DNA of 64,000 bases from Syntrophaceae bacterium (GTDB lineage: Bacteria > Desulfobacterota > Syntrophia > Syntrophales > Smithellaceae), in contig PLGI01000080.1 in the NCBI GenBank assembly GCA_003139775.1, positions 34,063 through 98,062 on the forward strand, read 5' to 3'. A model generated the notes under the pieces. That model did not search any database. It was not told the origin of the DNA and saw nothing but the letters and a program-made list of their open reading frames with translations. This document shows, piece by piece, positions 37,321 to 47,396 of this stretch (within the stretch, counting starts at the first letter, position 1; each line of letters opens with the position of its first letter). Both the position numbers and the translations under genes were made by a program.

Positions 37321-38130
37321 GTGAAACAAAAATCATCAAATAAGGTGTTAACCTTACAGCTGCCAAGCTATAAAAAACCACCCGTGAATGAAGTTATATG
37401 TGGCATGCGGTATCAGATACCTGCAAATATTTGGATTCCACATATCGGAGTTCTTTGGTCCAAGTTTAGGCAAGAATATCCAAATATACAACATGCAAAT
37501 CCAATTTTTTCAAGTCCGCTTGAGGATTTAGCGACGGGACTACCTTTACCTAGAATATGGTTTATAAATGAGCAAGATGACCAATTAATACAATTTCAAT
37601 TTGACCGTTTTTATTATAATTGGCGTCGTCGTAACGACAATTATCCACGTTACCCTCATGTTATAACCAAATTTAAACAAACATTTGACTTAATTAGTGC
37701 ATTCTTTGATGAAAATGGCTTTGGTCAAGTTTTACCATTGGAGTTGGAACTATCTTATATAAACCATATCCCGCGAGGTGAAGGATGGGAAAAATTTGAA
37801 GATATCCAAAATTTATTTACTGATTTTAAGTGGGAATCAAGGCAAGGTCGTTTCCTGCCAAATCCAATTAAAACACAATGGACAGCAATTTTTCAGTTCC
37901 CAGACGAAAAAGGATTATTAACTGTTAATATCAAAGAAGCAATACGAATGAGTGATAAAGTGCCATTAATTGTTTTTGAACTAATCGCAAAAAAAACATG
38001 TGAAACAACAATTAAACAAGACGAAATATATTTGTGGTATGATTTAGCTCATGAATGGATTGTCCGAGGATTTACAGATTTAACAAGTCCAAAAGTTCAA
38101 AAAGATGTTTGGGAGATAGAAAATGCTTAA
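37321..38130 (+). CDS. Hypothetical protein, TIGR04255-like (island gene 1)
   Basis: 269-aa ORF in an AT-rich segment. From memory, the N-terminal YKKPPVNEVICGMRY and the C-terminal LAHEWIVRGF resemble the TIGR04255 family pattern. GTG start, weak RBS. Confidence 0.55.
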   Translation: MKQKSSNKVLTLQLPSYKKPPVNEVICGMRYQIPANIWIPHIGVLWSKFRQEYPNIQHANPIFSSPLEDLATGLPLPRIWFINEQDDQLIQFQFDRFYYNWRRRNDNYPRYPHVITKFKQTFDLISAFFDENGFGQVLPLELELSYINHIPRGEGWEKFEDIQNLFTDFKWESRQGRFLPNPIKTQWTAIFQFPDEKGLLTVNIKEAIRMSDKVPLIVFELIAKKTCETTIKQDEIYLWYDLAHEWIVRGFTDLTSPKVQKDVWEIENA

Positions 38131-38833
38131 TCCTAGTTTCCGAGAATATGAAAAATACAGAGCCGCTCAAAATATTTGTGCAGTTTACGACAACAAAGAA
38201 CTTCTCTCTGAAGAAATTGATGAAAGTATTGGAGTTTGGAACCCCAATGTACTGCAAATAAACCAATTTCAACAATGGTCGCAATCTTTTATTAAAGCAA
38301 GTATACATACCCAATGGGGATTATTCAATACAGAAGAAAATAAAATTACACAGGATTCTACTAAAACAAGTGCCTCTACCCAATTGGAATTACTAGATTC
38401 AGAAGAAAACAAACTTCAACAATTAATAATGAAAATTAGAGTTTCGGCGTCTACTTTATGTAATCATAAATTATTGAATATAGTAGAGCGCATTCTTACA
38501 TTATTAAAAGATGCAAAGGAAGAAGACGAATTCAGTGTTGGAATATCACCAGGGTCTCTTCTTAATTTCTATTCTTTTATAAGTAAACATGCTGATTTAA
38601 AACGACCAAAATTAGCTTTGACACCGGAAAATAATATATATGCTTCTTGGAAGACTGGCAAAGACAAGGTTTTCAGTATTCATTTCCTTGCAAATGGTGA
38701 TGCCCGTTTTGTAATCTTTAAACCAAGCGATAGACATCCTGATAAACCTATTAGGCTTTCTGGAATTGCGCCAGTAGATGATTTGATGCAAGAAGTGCTA
38801 ATCCCGCATGGTATATCTTGGGCACTAGAGTGA
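38123..38833 (+). CDS. Hypothetical protein (island gene 2)
   Basis: 236-aa ORF. The ATG (GGGAGA 6 nt upstream) overlaps the gene 1 stop by 8 nt. I recognise no motif. Confidence 0.55.
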   Translation: MLNPSFREYEKYRAAQNICAVYDNKELLSEEIDESIGVWNPNVLQINQFQQWSQSFIKASIHTQWGLFNTEENKITQDSTKTSASTQLELLDSEENKLQQLIMKIRVSASTLCNHKLLNIVERILTLLKDAKEEDEFSVGISPGSLLNFYSFISKHADLKRPKLALTPENNIYASWKTGKDKVFSIHFLANGDARFVIFKPSDRHPDKPIRLSGIAPVDDLMQEVLIPHGISWALE

Positions 38834-39231
38834 AAAACAAAATTATCCCAGACAGTAATCATGTTGCCCGATATTGCAAACCAACCACCGTTGAAAATAA
38901 CGAGATTTTGGCCACTGCCTTCCTCATGAGACCTATAGATGGAAGTTTGTCAGTAAATTGGTTAGAATATTTAAAACTATCAACCAGAGAAAAAGAAATA
39001 TCAAAAATCCAAGACGTATATAATAAAAAATTAAAAGTCAGTCCAATGTCAAGAATAGCAGTTGTAAATGTTGGTCTAGCAAGAGAGAAGGTTTTTTCTG
39101 AAAGTGATGATAGAAGGAATATTCAGTTCAAGCATGATCCATCAAAAGAAGATCCTTCCCACAGTGGGATATTTAATTCTTGTTTGGGGTTAATTCCCCT
39201 TAGCTTGCTACGAAAGGCCTATTCCTTATAG
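38830..39231 (+). CDS. Hypothetical protein (island gene 3), 3' end disrupted by hairpin repeats
   Basis: GTG 38830 forms a GTGA overlap with the gene 2 stop (the ORF track gives TTG 38818). The last about 17 codons are read from repeat sequence. Confidence 0.5.
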   Translation: MKNKIIPDSNHVARYCKPTTVENNEILATAFLMRPIDGSLSVNWLEYLKLSTREKEISKIQDVYNKKLKVSPMSRIAVVNVGLAREKVFSESDDRRNIQFKHDPSKEDPSHSGIFNSCLGLIPLSLLRKAYSL

Positions 39232-39263
39232 AGGCTTTTGATACCCCGTAGCTTGCTGCGGGG
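39196..39263. repeat. Two tandem copies of the hairpin-1 module of the repeat family (MITE/REP-like)
   Basis: CCCCTTAGCTTGCTACGAAAGG (39196-39217) and CCCCGTAGCTTGCTGCGGGG (39244-39263). Compare ATACCCCGCCGCTTGCTTTGGGGTTCAT at 25254-25282. Confidence 0.7.
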
Positions 39264-39266
39264 TAG

Positions 39267-39356
39267 TTCATTCTTAAATCAGATGATGAAATGATTGCAG
39301 AACTGATTTTATCTGTTGTTGATCAGGAACGTCACGTATACCCGGCAAAAAGATAA
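39267..39356 (+). pseudogene. Orphaned C-terminal coding remnant, probably of island gene 3
   Basis: An open 29-codon stretch, FILKSDDEMIAELILSVVDQERHVYPAKR*, lies just after the repeat insertion in a different frame from gene 3. Confidence 0.4.
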
Positions 39357-39411
39357 AAACTTAATAAGTATTATTTTTGCTGTTTCTTAGGTTTGTTGCA
39401 GTTTATTTTTC

Positions 39412-39747
39412 TCATTTTGTATTTTTAGAATTTAATTGAGCTCTTGCTTGAACGAGTTTTTCTTTGTCCAGATAATATTTTCCGTTGTTCGTTTTAATTA
39501 CCAGACCATCATCGATTAAAAGTTTTAGCGCTTTGGGACGAATGTTTTTGACGCCCACGCGAAAGAAATTTTTTCGTTCATCCTGAAGTTTAACCGCCCT
39601 CGCCTCTTTAAAAGCTCTGGCCTCTTCCATTTCGGCGATAATCTTAAAACAAGTCCGTTGCACAGCCAAACCACCCATGTAAATAACAAGGACAACAAAG
39701 GCAATAAAAGCGGCAACCAGCAGAATTATTTGTAAATAAACAGGCAT
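39412..39747 (-). CDS. Hypothetical membrane-anchored protein
   Basis: 111-aa ORF with an N-terminal TM helix followed by a charged soluble domain. No recognisable motif. Confidence 0.5.
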   Translation of the reverse strand: MPVYLQIILLVAAFIAFVVLVIYMGGLAVQRTCFKIIAEMEEARAFKEARAVKLQDERKNFFRVGVKNIRPKALKLLIDDGLVIKTNNGKYYLDKEKLVQARAQLNSKNTK

Positions 39748-39893
39748 AAAAATCTCTTTAAAAATATTTACGGCGTCAGTTAATACATTTGATAAGCTTT
39801 TTTGTCAAATTACAATAATCATGATTTTGCATAATAAGTGCCTTGACTAATGCATCGTGTTGCCTTACATTTTTGAACAAAAAAGGTGTGCAT

Positions 39894-40319
39894 ATGGAAG
39901 ATATAATTAAAATGATTCAAGAAGCATTTAGTAATCTATTGCCCGGATATTTAGGTATGCAAGTAATTAAAGCGACAACGAAAGAAGTAGTGGGCACTCT
40001 GGAAATAAAAGAAAATCTTTGCACAATTGGTAAGGTTGCACATGGCGGCGCTATTATGGCTTTTGCGGATACCATGGGAGCCATCTGTGCATTTTTAAAT
40101 CTGCCGCCAAACTCAAGAACGACTACCATAGAATCTAAAACCAACATGATTCGTCCCGGCAGACTAGGTGAGGCATTAACGGCAAAAAGTAAGTTACTTA
40201 ATAAGGGACGGACGCTTATGCTGTTATATACGGAGGTTCAAAACTCCCAAGAACAACTTGTTGCTGTAGTTATTCAGACTCAAATGATTATACGATCACC
40301 CCAAGCAAAGGATGCCTGA
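39894..40319 (+). CDS. PaaI-family hotdog-fold thioesterase
   Basis: Reads GKVAHGGAIMAFADTMG. The start is set at ATG 39894 (AAGGTG upstream), not 39843. Confidence 0.8.
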   Translation: MEDIIKMIQEAFSNLLPGYLGMQVIKATTKEVVGTLEIKENLCTIGKVAHGGAIMAFADTMGAICAFLNLPPNSRTTTIESKTNMIRPGRLGEALTAKSKLLNKGRTLMLLYTEVQNSQEQLVAVVIQTQMIIRSPQAKDA

Positions 40320-40360
40320 CATAGGGTTGCGAAATCCACTTTCATCACGAAAAAGGAAGC

Positions 40361-41164
40361 ATGAAAAAAGCTTACGTTCACGGTTACGATCATCGGGAAA
40401 ATATACGATTACAGGATCAGGCCTCAACTTTGGTTGAATTACTGCACTCCGACACGAAGTATCCGGCAGGAAGCAAAGTTCTGGAAGCCGGTTGCGGTGT
40501 TGGAGCACAAACCGTCACCCTTGCGAAAAACAGTCCGGATGCGTTGATTACTTCTGTCGATATATCCGAGACCTCTCTTGTTGAAGCCAGGAAAAAGGCA
40601 GCGGCGGCAGGCGTGACTAATGTTTACTTTGAAAAGGCGGATATTTTCAATCTGCCTTTTGTACCGGAATTTTTCGATCATATTTTCGTGTGTTTCGTTT
40701 TGGAACATCTCTCCCGGCCGGTCCAGGCGCTCAATGCATTAAAAGAATATTTGAGGGAAGGCGGCACGATCACAGTGATCGAAGGGGATCATGGCTCGGT
40801 CTATTTTCATCCGGAGAGCGATACGGCACATAAAGCGATTCAGTGTCAGATTGAACTGCAACGGCGGGCCGGCGGCAATGCCATGATAGGTAGGGAACTG
40901 TATCCGCTGTTGAATAAGGCAGGCTTGAACTCTGTTCGTGTATCTCCTCGAATGGTTTATGTTGATTCCAGCAAGCCTGAACTGGTCGAAGGTTTCACGA
41001 AGAAGACATTCACGGCGATGACAGAAGGTGTCCGTGAAGCGGCAATCAAGGCAGGAATAATTGAAGAACAAGTTTTTGAACAAGGCATTAGGGGCTTATA
41101 TCGAACTGCCGAGGCGGACGGAGTTTTCTGTTATACGTTCTTTAAGGCCATTGGAAATAAATAA
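40361..41164 (+). CDS. Class I SAM-dependent methyltransferase
   Basis: 267-aa ORF with motif I, VLEAGCGVGAQT. Confidence 0.8.
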   Translation: MKKAYVHGYDHRENIRLQDQASTLVELLHSDTKYPAGSKVLEAGCGVGAQTVTLAKNSPDALITSVDISETSLVEARKKAAAAGVTNVYFEKADIFNLPFVPEFFDHIFVCFVLEHLSRPVQALNALKEYLREGGTITVIEGDHGSVYFHPESDTAHKAIQCQIELQRRAGGNAMIGRELYPLLNKAGLNSVRVSPRMVYVDSSKPELVEGFTKKTFTAMTEGVREAAIKAGIIEEQVFEQGIRGLYRTAEADGVFCYTFFKAIGNK

Positions 41165-41203
41165 TTGCCGGGCAATCGATTGCGTTGATCGGAGAAAAAA
41201 AGA

Positions 41204-41659
41204 ATGCGTCGTAATGATAGAGAAATAACAGACAGGAGAGATATTGACGAAATTATTAAGCGTTGCCGGGTTTGTCATCTTGCCATGTGTGACGATGGTC
41301 AGCCTTATGTTGTTCCTCTCAACTTTGGTTATGATGGTCGCTTTCTCTTCTTTCACACCGCTTCGGAAGGAAGAAAAATTGACATTATCAAAAGGAATAA
41401 TCGTGTAGGTTTCGAGTTTGATATCCTCCATGATATTGTCACTTCTGAGCAAGCCTGCAAATGGGGAGCGAAATACGAGAGTGTCATGGGATCAGGCACT
41501 GCAGAGATAGTAGATGATTTGGAAGCCAAAAAAGAAGCGCTGGAATGGATCATGCGTCAGTACGGAAACGGCGCTTGGGATTTCAAAGAAGAGATATTGA
41601 AAAAGACCTTGGTTCTTCGTGTACGAATACTGGAAATCAGCGGTAAAGCCATCAGGTAA
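41204..41659 (+). CDS. Pyridoxamine 5'-phosphate oxidase family (FMN-binding split-barrel) protein
   Basis: 151-aa ORF with MRRNDREITD....VCHLAM.DDGQPYVVPLNFGY, typical of this family. Confidence 0.75.
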   Translation: MRRNDREITDRRDIDEIIKRCRVCHLAMCDDGQPYVVPLNFGYDGRFLFFHTASEGRKIDIIKRNNRVGFEFDILHDIVTSEQACKWGAKYESVMGSGTAEIVDDLEAKKEALEWIMRQYGNGAWDFKEEILKKTLVLRVRILEISGKAIR

Positions 41660-41687
41660 AACTCGACAGCTGGCAATTTTAAACTGC

Positions 41688-42833
41688 TCAAAAATATTTA
41701 AGAAGATATTTTTCGAGTCGGTTCAATCCTTCTTTAATATTTCCCAGGGAATTGGCATAAGAAAAGCGCAAAAACCCCTCGCCCTCGCTGCCGAAATCAA
41801 TACCGGGTGTAACGCCTACTTTTACCTCTTCAATAATCCGAAACGCTTCTTTATAGGAATCCGTGCAAAAAAGCCGCGCGTCTGCAAATACATAAAACGC
41901 GCCGGTCGGCTCGACATGGATGACAAAACCCATGTCCTTCAATCGCGCCAGCATGTATTGGCGTCTTTCGTCATAAATCTTTACCATTTCCGCCACGTCA
42001 TCTTGCGCTTTTGTTAGGGCGGCAATGCCCGCCCATTGAATAAAGCCGTTGGCGGAAATCATAAAATTCTGATGAATCCGTTGCATGATTTTCGAAAATT
42101 GCCTGGGAAAGATGCAATAACCCAGACGCCAGCCGGTCATCGCGTACAATTTGGAGAAACCATTGATGACAAAAGCCTTGTCCGTAAATTCCAAAATAGA
42201 ATGAGCACGTCCTTGATAGACCAAGCCGTGGTAAATCTCATCCGAGATAATATACTGCTTGTCGAACTGAGCCATACTCTGCAATTGGTCTTTGCGCATA
42301 ACAATGCCGGTGGGGTTGGAAGGCGAGTTGATCATAATCGCCTTGGTCCTGCGCGCGAGTTTCTTTTTAATATCATTTGGGCGATACTGAAATCCTTCTT
42401 CCGGGTAAGTTTTAACCTCTTTAATTTTTCCGCCTGCCGCGAGGATGAAATTCTGGTAGCAGGGATAGCGCGGATTGGAAATGATTACTTCATCGCCATG
42501 ATCTAAAATGGCCAGCATTGCGAACAATAGCGCTGGAGAAGTGCCGGTGGACACCAATACCTGATCGGGCGTAATATTAACGCCATATTCTTTTAAATAG
42601 AAATCGCATATAGCTTGACGCAGTTCCAGTAAGCCCAAAGCGTGGGTATAGCGGGTTTTATTATTGGACAAAGCGTTGATTGCCGCCTGCGTGATAACTT
42701 TCGGCGTGGGGAAATCAGGCTCGCCTACTTCCAGATGGATAACACGTTCGCCTTTGCGCTCCAGTTCCTCGGCTTTTGCCATGACATCCATGACAATGAA
42801 AGAGGTAAATGAATCAGCTCGCTTTGATATCAT
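41688..42833 (-). CDS. Class I/II PLP-dependent aminotransferase (aspartate aminotransferase-like)
   Basis: 381-aa ORF with GFSKLYAMTGWRLGY (PLP lysine) and SPSNPTG. Confidence 0.85.
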   Translation of the reverse strand: MISKRADSFTSFIVMDVMAKAEELERKGERVIHLEVGEPDFPTPKVITQAAINALSNNKTRYTHALGLLELRQAICDFYLKEYGVNITPDQVLVSTGTSPALLFAMLAILDHGDEVIISNPRYPCYQNFILAAGGKIKEVKTYPEEGFQYRPNDIKKKLARRTKAIMINSPSNPTGIVMRKDQLQSMAQFDKQYIISDEIYHGLVYQGRAHSILEFTDKAFVINGFSKLYAMTGWRLGYCIFPRQFSKIMQRIHQNFMISANGFIQWAGIAALTKAQDDVAEMVKIYDERRQYMLARLKDMGFVIHVEPTGAFYVFADARLFCTDSYKEAFRIIEEVKVGVTPGIDFGSEGEGFLRFSYANSLGNIKEGLNRLEKYLLKYF

Positions 42834-43076
42834 CTAAATTCCTTTCCAATTAGTATAGCCTTTCTAGAGTGATTGCTAAAATTTTTCAACTAACTTTTGT
42901 CAATTTATTAAAACTTAATTGAATCTTCGGTAACTTACGATCTTACTTTTTTAGTATAATTATCAGAAAAAACTTATAATTGGCTCATTCTTTGCTAAAT
43001 TATTCTTAATAGCTAAAAAACGATTGCTATTAGTACAATTTTGTTACAAAATAATTTTGGGTTTGTCGAGCCGTCT

Positions 43077-44660
43077 ATGAGAAAGGCTACAAAAAAATCT
43101 TTTTCTGAGAAAGAGCGAAATTTGAGTATTCATAGCTATGAAGAATTGGCCACCTTGCACGCGATAGCTAAAATTTTAGCTCAGCCTCAAGACCTGCGCG
43201 ATCAACTAGCGCTTGTCCTGCAGGAAATGAGTTACCGTCTAGGCATGAAGCGGGGCATGATTTCACTTCTGGACAGGGAAAAAAAAGAAGCATGGCTCGA
43301 TATTGCTCATGATGTCAATATTGAAGGAATGGATGTAACCTACAAGCCCGGCGAGGGTATCACAGGCAAAGTGGCGGAAACAGGCCGCCCCATGGCCATA
43401 GCTAATCTTGGTCAGGCTACTCACTTTTTAGACCGCACCGGCGCCCGCCGTCATTTAAACAGATCGGAGCTTGCTTTTCTTTGTGTTCCCATTATTTATG
43501 ATGCAAATGTCATCGGCGTTCTGTCAGCCGATAAAGTAGCTATCGAAGTGGAAGATTTGGACAAGGAACTGGCCATGCTCTCATCGGTAGCTGAGCTGAT
43601 GGCCAAGGCCGTGCATATCAGGGCTCTGGAGGAAGAAAATGAACGCTTGCGAAAAATTGTCGGCAGTGAGCGCGCGCCTTCGATAGATATTATCGGCCAC
43701 TCTAAGCCGATGCAGGAAGTATTCGGTTTGGTAGCCCAAGTATCCGATTCCAATACGACAGTCTTAATCACCGGCGAAACAGGAACCGGTAAAGAACTGA
43801 TCGCCAGGGCGATCCATATGAATTCTCCGCGGCACAAAGGGCCGATGGTGCAGGTTAATTGCGCAGCCATTCCGGATACGCTGATTGAAAGCGAGCTTTT
43901 TGGTCATGAAAGAGGGGCCTTTACGGGGGCACTGCATCAACGCCGGGGGCGTTTTGAGGAGGCTAACGGCGGCACAATTTTTTTAGATGAAGTTGGAGAG
44001 CTTTCCGCTGCCGCTCAGGTAAAGCTTTTGCGCGTTTTACAGGAAAAGAGATTTCAGCCGCTGGGCTCTTCGCGGATTATAAATGTTAATGTCCGCATTA
44101 TCGCGGCAACAAACAGGGATTTAGAACAAGACATTGTGGCGGGACGTTTTCGCGCCGATTTGTTTTACCGGTTGAATGTTTTTCCAATATATTTACCCTC
44201 GTTGCGCGAAAGAGGCAGCGATATTATACTTTTGGCAGATCATTTTATTTTGAAATACAGCAAGGAAATGGGAAAGAATGTTAAAAAAATTTCTACCGCG
44301 GCAATAGAAGTATTTCTATCTCACAAATGGCCGGGTAATGTGCGTGAACTGGAAAATTGCATCGAAAGAGCTGTTCTGCTTTCCAATACCGATACTATCG
44401 ATTCTTTTCATTTGCCGCCGTCTTTGCATGTCAGAGAAACAAAGGTGGAAAAAAAGGACCACAGCAAATTAACTTCTGTTGTCGAAGCGCAGGAAAGATC
44501 TTTAATTATTGATACGTTGGAAGTAACCGGTGGTAATCAAACAAAGGCCGCCAAAATTTTGGGGACAACAAAGCGCATCATTCAATATAAAATTAGCAAA
44601 CTGGGAATTAATCCCAAGCTTTTCCGTAAAAATAATAAAAATTCCGATGATACTGATTAA
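43077..44660 (+). CDS. Sigma-54-dependent transcriptional activator (GAF - AAA+ - Fis HTH; NifA/NtrC-type EBP)
   Basis: Reads [40 protein letters not shown] and a C-terminal HTH. ATG 43077 is preferred over TTG 43041 because the decayed paralog at 47853 starts at the homologous position. Confidence 0.88.
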   Translation: MRKATKKSFSEKERNLSIHSYEELATLHAIAKILAQPQDLRDQLALVLQEMSYRLGMKRGMISLLDREKKEAWLDIAHDVNIEGMDVTYKPGEGITGKVAETGRPMAIANLGQATHFLDRTGARRHLNRSELAFLCVPIIYDANVIGVLSADKVAIEVEDLDKELAMLSSVAELMAKAVHIRALEEENERLRKIVGSERAPSIDIIGHSKPMQEVFGLVAQVSDSNTTVLITGETGTGKELIARAIHMNSPRHKGPMVQVNCAAIPDTLIESELFGHERGAFTGALHQRRGRFEEANGGTIFLDEVGELSAAAQVKLLRVLQEKRFQPLGSSRIINVNVRIIAATNRDLEQDIVAGRFRADLFYRLNVFPIYLPSLRERGSDIILLADHFILKYSKEMGKNVKKISTAAIEVFLSHKWPGNVRELENCIERAVLLSNTDTIDSFHLPPSLHVRETKVEKKDHSKLTSVVEAQERSLIIDTLEVTGGNQTKAAKILGTTKRIIQYKISKLGINPKLFRKNNKNSDDTD

Positions 44661-44670
44661 ATTGTAAAAC

Positions 44671-44698
44671 CCCTCACTACAAGCAGTGAGAGGTTTTT
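44671..44698 (+). terminator. Rho-independent terminator after the EBP gene
   Basis: CCCTCACT-acaagc-AGTGAGAGG followed by TTTTT. Confidence 0.6.
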
Positions 44699-44743
44699 AC
44701 AGTGTTATATTAAAAAATATTTTATTCCACTGAGTTTCCACGT

Positions 44744-44817
44744 TGAGGGGTCGTCTAAAGGTAGGACAACAGGTTCTGGCCCTGTGAATCGAGGTTCGAG
44801 TCCTTGCTCCTCAGCCA
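44744..44817 (+). tRNA. tRNA-Gln (anticodon CUG), CCA encoded
   Basis: Manual cloverleaf: acceptor TGAGGGG/CTCCTCA (U1-A72); D stem GTCT/GGAC; anticodon stem ACAGG/CCTGT with loop TTCTGGC; T arm CGAGG-TTCGAGT-CCTTG; discriminator G plus CCA. Confidence 0.9.
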
Positions 44818-44931
44818 TATTATTCTTTAATTGTAAGGAAGCCCATTGATGAACTATCTTTGATCCGTTTATTAAAAGTTCTCAGTTGAGATGAAAACCG
44901 GAAAATATAAATAGAGAAAAAATGATGGTAT

Positions 44932-45627
44932 ATGCGCGCACACTACTTACAGCACATTCCATTTGAAGGGCTTGGCAGCATCGCACCCTGGCTTGAAGCG
45001 TCCGGATACGAAATAACAGGTACTAAGTTATTTGAGTCAGCAAAGTACCCTAATCTAAAAGAGATAGACCTGCTAGTGATTTTGGGCGGTCCGATGAGCA
45101 TAAATGATAAAGATGAATTTTCCTGGCTTGCTTCTGAAAAACAATTTATCCATGAATCCATCAATTCAGGAAAGCCAGTCCTGGGTATTTGTCTTGGTGC
45201 GCAGCTTATTGCCAGTGCGTTAGGTGCCAGACTATACCGTAATTCCGTGAAGGAGATAGGGTGGTTTCCCATCTATGGGATTTCATCGAACAACAAATCC
45301 ATTTTTAGTTTCCCGCCGTCAGTGAAAGTTTTCCATTGGCACGGTGAGACATTTGACTTACCATCAGGAGCAACTCGCCTCGCGAAGAGTGACGTCTGCG
45401 AAAACCAGGCATTTCAATTCGGCAATTCGGTTATCGGCTTGCAGTTTCACTTGGAAACTACACCAATAGCGGCGTGCGACATTGTATCCCATTGTCGCAG
45501 TGAATTGGTTCCATCGAAGTACATACAAACGGAGGAAGAAATTTTGTCAGCTAAGCCTAGGAGATATAAATTAGTAAATAAGCTGATGGGCAGCATACTT
45601 TCTTTCATGCTTAGAAACAATGGCTAA
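44932..45627 (+). CDS. Class I glutamine amidotransferase (GMP synthase GATase-domain-like, stand-alone)
   Basis: 231-aa ORF with PVLGICLGAQLIA and FHWHGETF...LQFHLE. Confidence 0.8.
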   Translation: MRAHYLQHIPFEGLGSIAPWLEASGYEITGTKLFESAKYPNLKEIDLLVILGGPMSINDKDEFSWLASEKQFIHESINSGKPVLGICLGAQLIASALGARLYRNSVKEIGWFPIYGISSNNKSIFSFPPSVKVFHWHGETFDLPSGATRLAKSDVCENQAFQFGNSVIGLQFHLETTPIAACDIVSHCRSELVPSKYIQTEEEILSAKPRRYKLVNKLMGSILSFMLRNNG

Positions 45628-46052
45628 ATACAGATACCTAACAAAACTGGTTATAATTTCGTAATGATATAAGATATTCTAAACAGATATTCTCTTTGGT
45701 TTGCTGGATTGATGTGCGAAATCGCGGACAGAGTGGTCACAAGTAAAAACACATTTCTATTCCTACTCACATTTGACATTAAGTTGTTAAATATCATATT
45801 AGGGGATATAAATTACGAGGCATTGTCGAGATGTTTTATACTTAAAACACTGCGATGCTTCGCATATTCGAAAGGATTCATATACTCACCGTTGAATCTG
45901 AGAATAATTGAAAATGGATTTAAACGTATTTAGAGTTAAAGTATCTAAGTTTTTTAACTTTGTTGATCCAAAGCCTGTTGTGGGAATAAATAAATTGCAT
46001 GTTATATGGTTACATTAAAATATAAAAATTCATACACTGGAGTAATGAAACT

Positions 46053-47396
46053 ATGGATACAATACTTACAAAAATACAGGAACTAGTTCTCCTGCATGAC
46101 AAAATCGACCCCAAGATCGTAAAGGAAAAAAACATCAAACTTGGACTGCGGAATGAAGACGGCTCCGGTGTTTTTGTCGGTATTACCAGCAAAGGACAGG
46201 TAATCGGTTATGAGAAAATCTATCACGGTGACGGCACGGAAGCGGTGAATCCTGTTCATGGCAAACTCTTCTATTGCGGTTATGATGTAGAGGACATTAT
46301 TCGCCAAAAAAAGCAAGATCATCGATTTGGTTTTGAAGAAACTGTTTACCTGCTTTTAACCGGTGAACTACCTGATCGAAAGGATTTGAATGCCTTTTCG
46401 CAATCCCTTGCTAAACTTCGCCCTCTTCCTAACGGAGTCAAGCAAATGATAAAAAACCATCCTCCCCACGACGATCAAATGGGATCTTTACATACAATCG
46501 TTTCTGCCATGCATATTTTCGATAAAGATCCCAATTCCACAAATATAAATGATGTGATTCTGCAATGCGTTGACCTCATCGCCAAATTCCCGACCATTAT
46601 CGCTTACAACTATCTAGCCGTGAAAATGAAAAGACGGGAACGGATTGTACTTCCGGAACCGTCTCCGGATACGAGTGTTGCTGAAACTTTTCTGTATCTG
46701 CTCAAGGGAAATACGGCTGACAGGTCTGTAGCAGAGCTTTTTGATACAATGCTTATATTTCACGCCGAGCACGGAGGAGGAAACAACTCCACATTTTCCA
46801 CTAGGTGTGTTTCCTCTGCTGGTGCCAACACCTATATGGCTATCTGCGCCGGAATAGGTTCGCTCTCCGGTCACTTACACGGAGGTGCGAACGTAGCTGT
46901 CATGAACATGATTGACGACATCAAAAATAAAGTAAAAAACTGGGAAAGCGATGCGCAGTTAAGCGATTACCTCATGAAGATTCTAAATAAAGAGGCCGGC
47001 GACAAATCTGGAACAATTTACGGAATCGGTCATGCCGTTTATACCGTATCGGACCCCCGAGCAATGTATATAGAAAATCAAGCGGGAGAACTTGCGCAGT
47101 CAACCGGCCGGTTGGATGAATTCAATCTACTAAAAAAAATAGCACGTATCGCGCCGGTTTTAGTTAAAGAAAAGAAACGCAAAACAGTTTGCACGAATGT
47201 GGATTTTTACTCGGGATTTGTTTATGAATGCATGGGGATACCCCGGGAACTTTTTACGCCGATTTTTGCACTTGCACGAGTTGTCGGCTGGTCTGCCCAC
47301 CGGATCGAAGAAATCGTGCAGGGACGGATTATCCGTCCATCCTATGTCACTTCATTAAAGGCAAAGAAAAGCTACATTCCCTTGAACAAGCGTTGA
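46053..47396 (+). CDS. Citrate synthase
   Basis: 447-aa ORF with HAEHGGGNNSTF, GIGHAVYTVSDPR and NVDFYSG motifs. Confidence 0.88.
   Translation: MDTILTKIQELVLLHDKIDPKIVKEKNIKLGLRNEDGSGVFVGITSKGQVIGYEKIYHGDGTEAVNPVHGKLFYCGYDVEDIIRQKKQDHRFGFEETVYLLLTGELPDRKDLNAFSQSLAKLRPLPNGVKQMIKNHPPHDDQMGSLHTIVSAMHIFDKDPNSTNINDVILQCVDLIAKFPTIIAYNYLAVKMKRRERIVLPEPSPDTSVAETFLYLLKGNTADRSVAELFDTMLIFHAEHGGGNNSTFSTRCVSSAGANTYMAICAGIGSLSGHLHGGANVAVMNMIDDIKNKVKNWESDAQLSDYLMKILNKEAGDKSGTIYGIGHAVYTVSDPRAMYIENQAGELAQSTGRLDEFNLLKKIARIAPVLVKEKKRKTVCTNVDFYSGFVYECMGIPRELFTPIFALARVVGWSAHRIEEIVQGRIIRPSYVTSLKAKKSYIPLNKR

Noticed and set aside
39115-39140. Possible HEPN-like Rx4-6H motif (RRNIQFKH) in island gene 3.
   Set aside because: A single short motif with no supporting helical-domain evidence is far too weak to call a HEPN RNase.
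41619-42017. 132-aa plus-strand ORF overlapping the 3' end of the aminotransferase gene.
   Set aside because: It is antisense to a well-supported PLP aminotransferase, has low-complexity composition and carries no motif.
45773-45801. TTGACA-N17-ATATTA promoter-like sequence upstream of citrate synthase.
   Set aside because: It is about 250 nt from the start codon in very AT-rich DNA, where such matches arise by chance. It is not reported as a feature.
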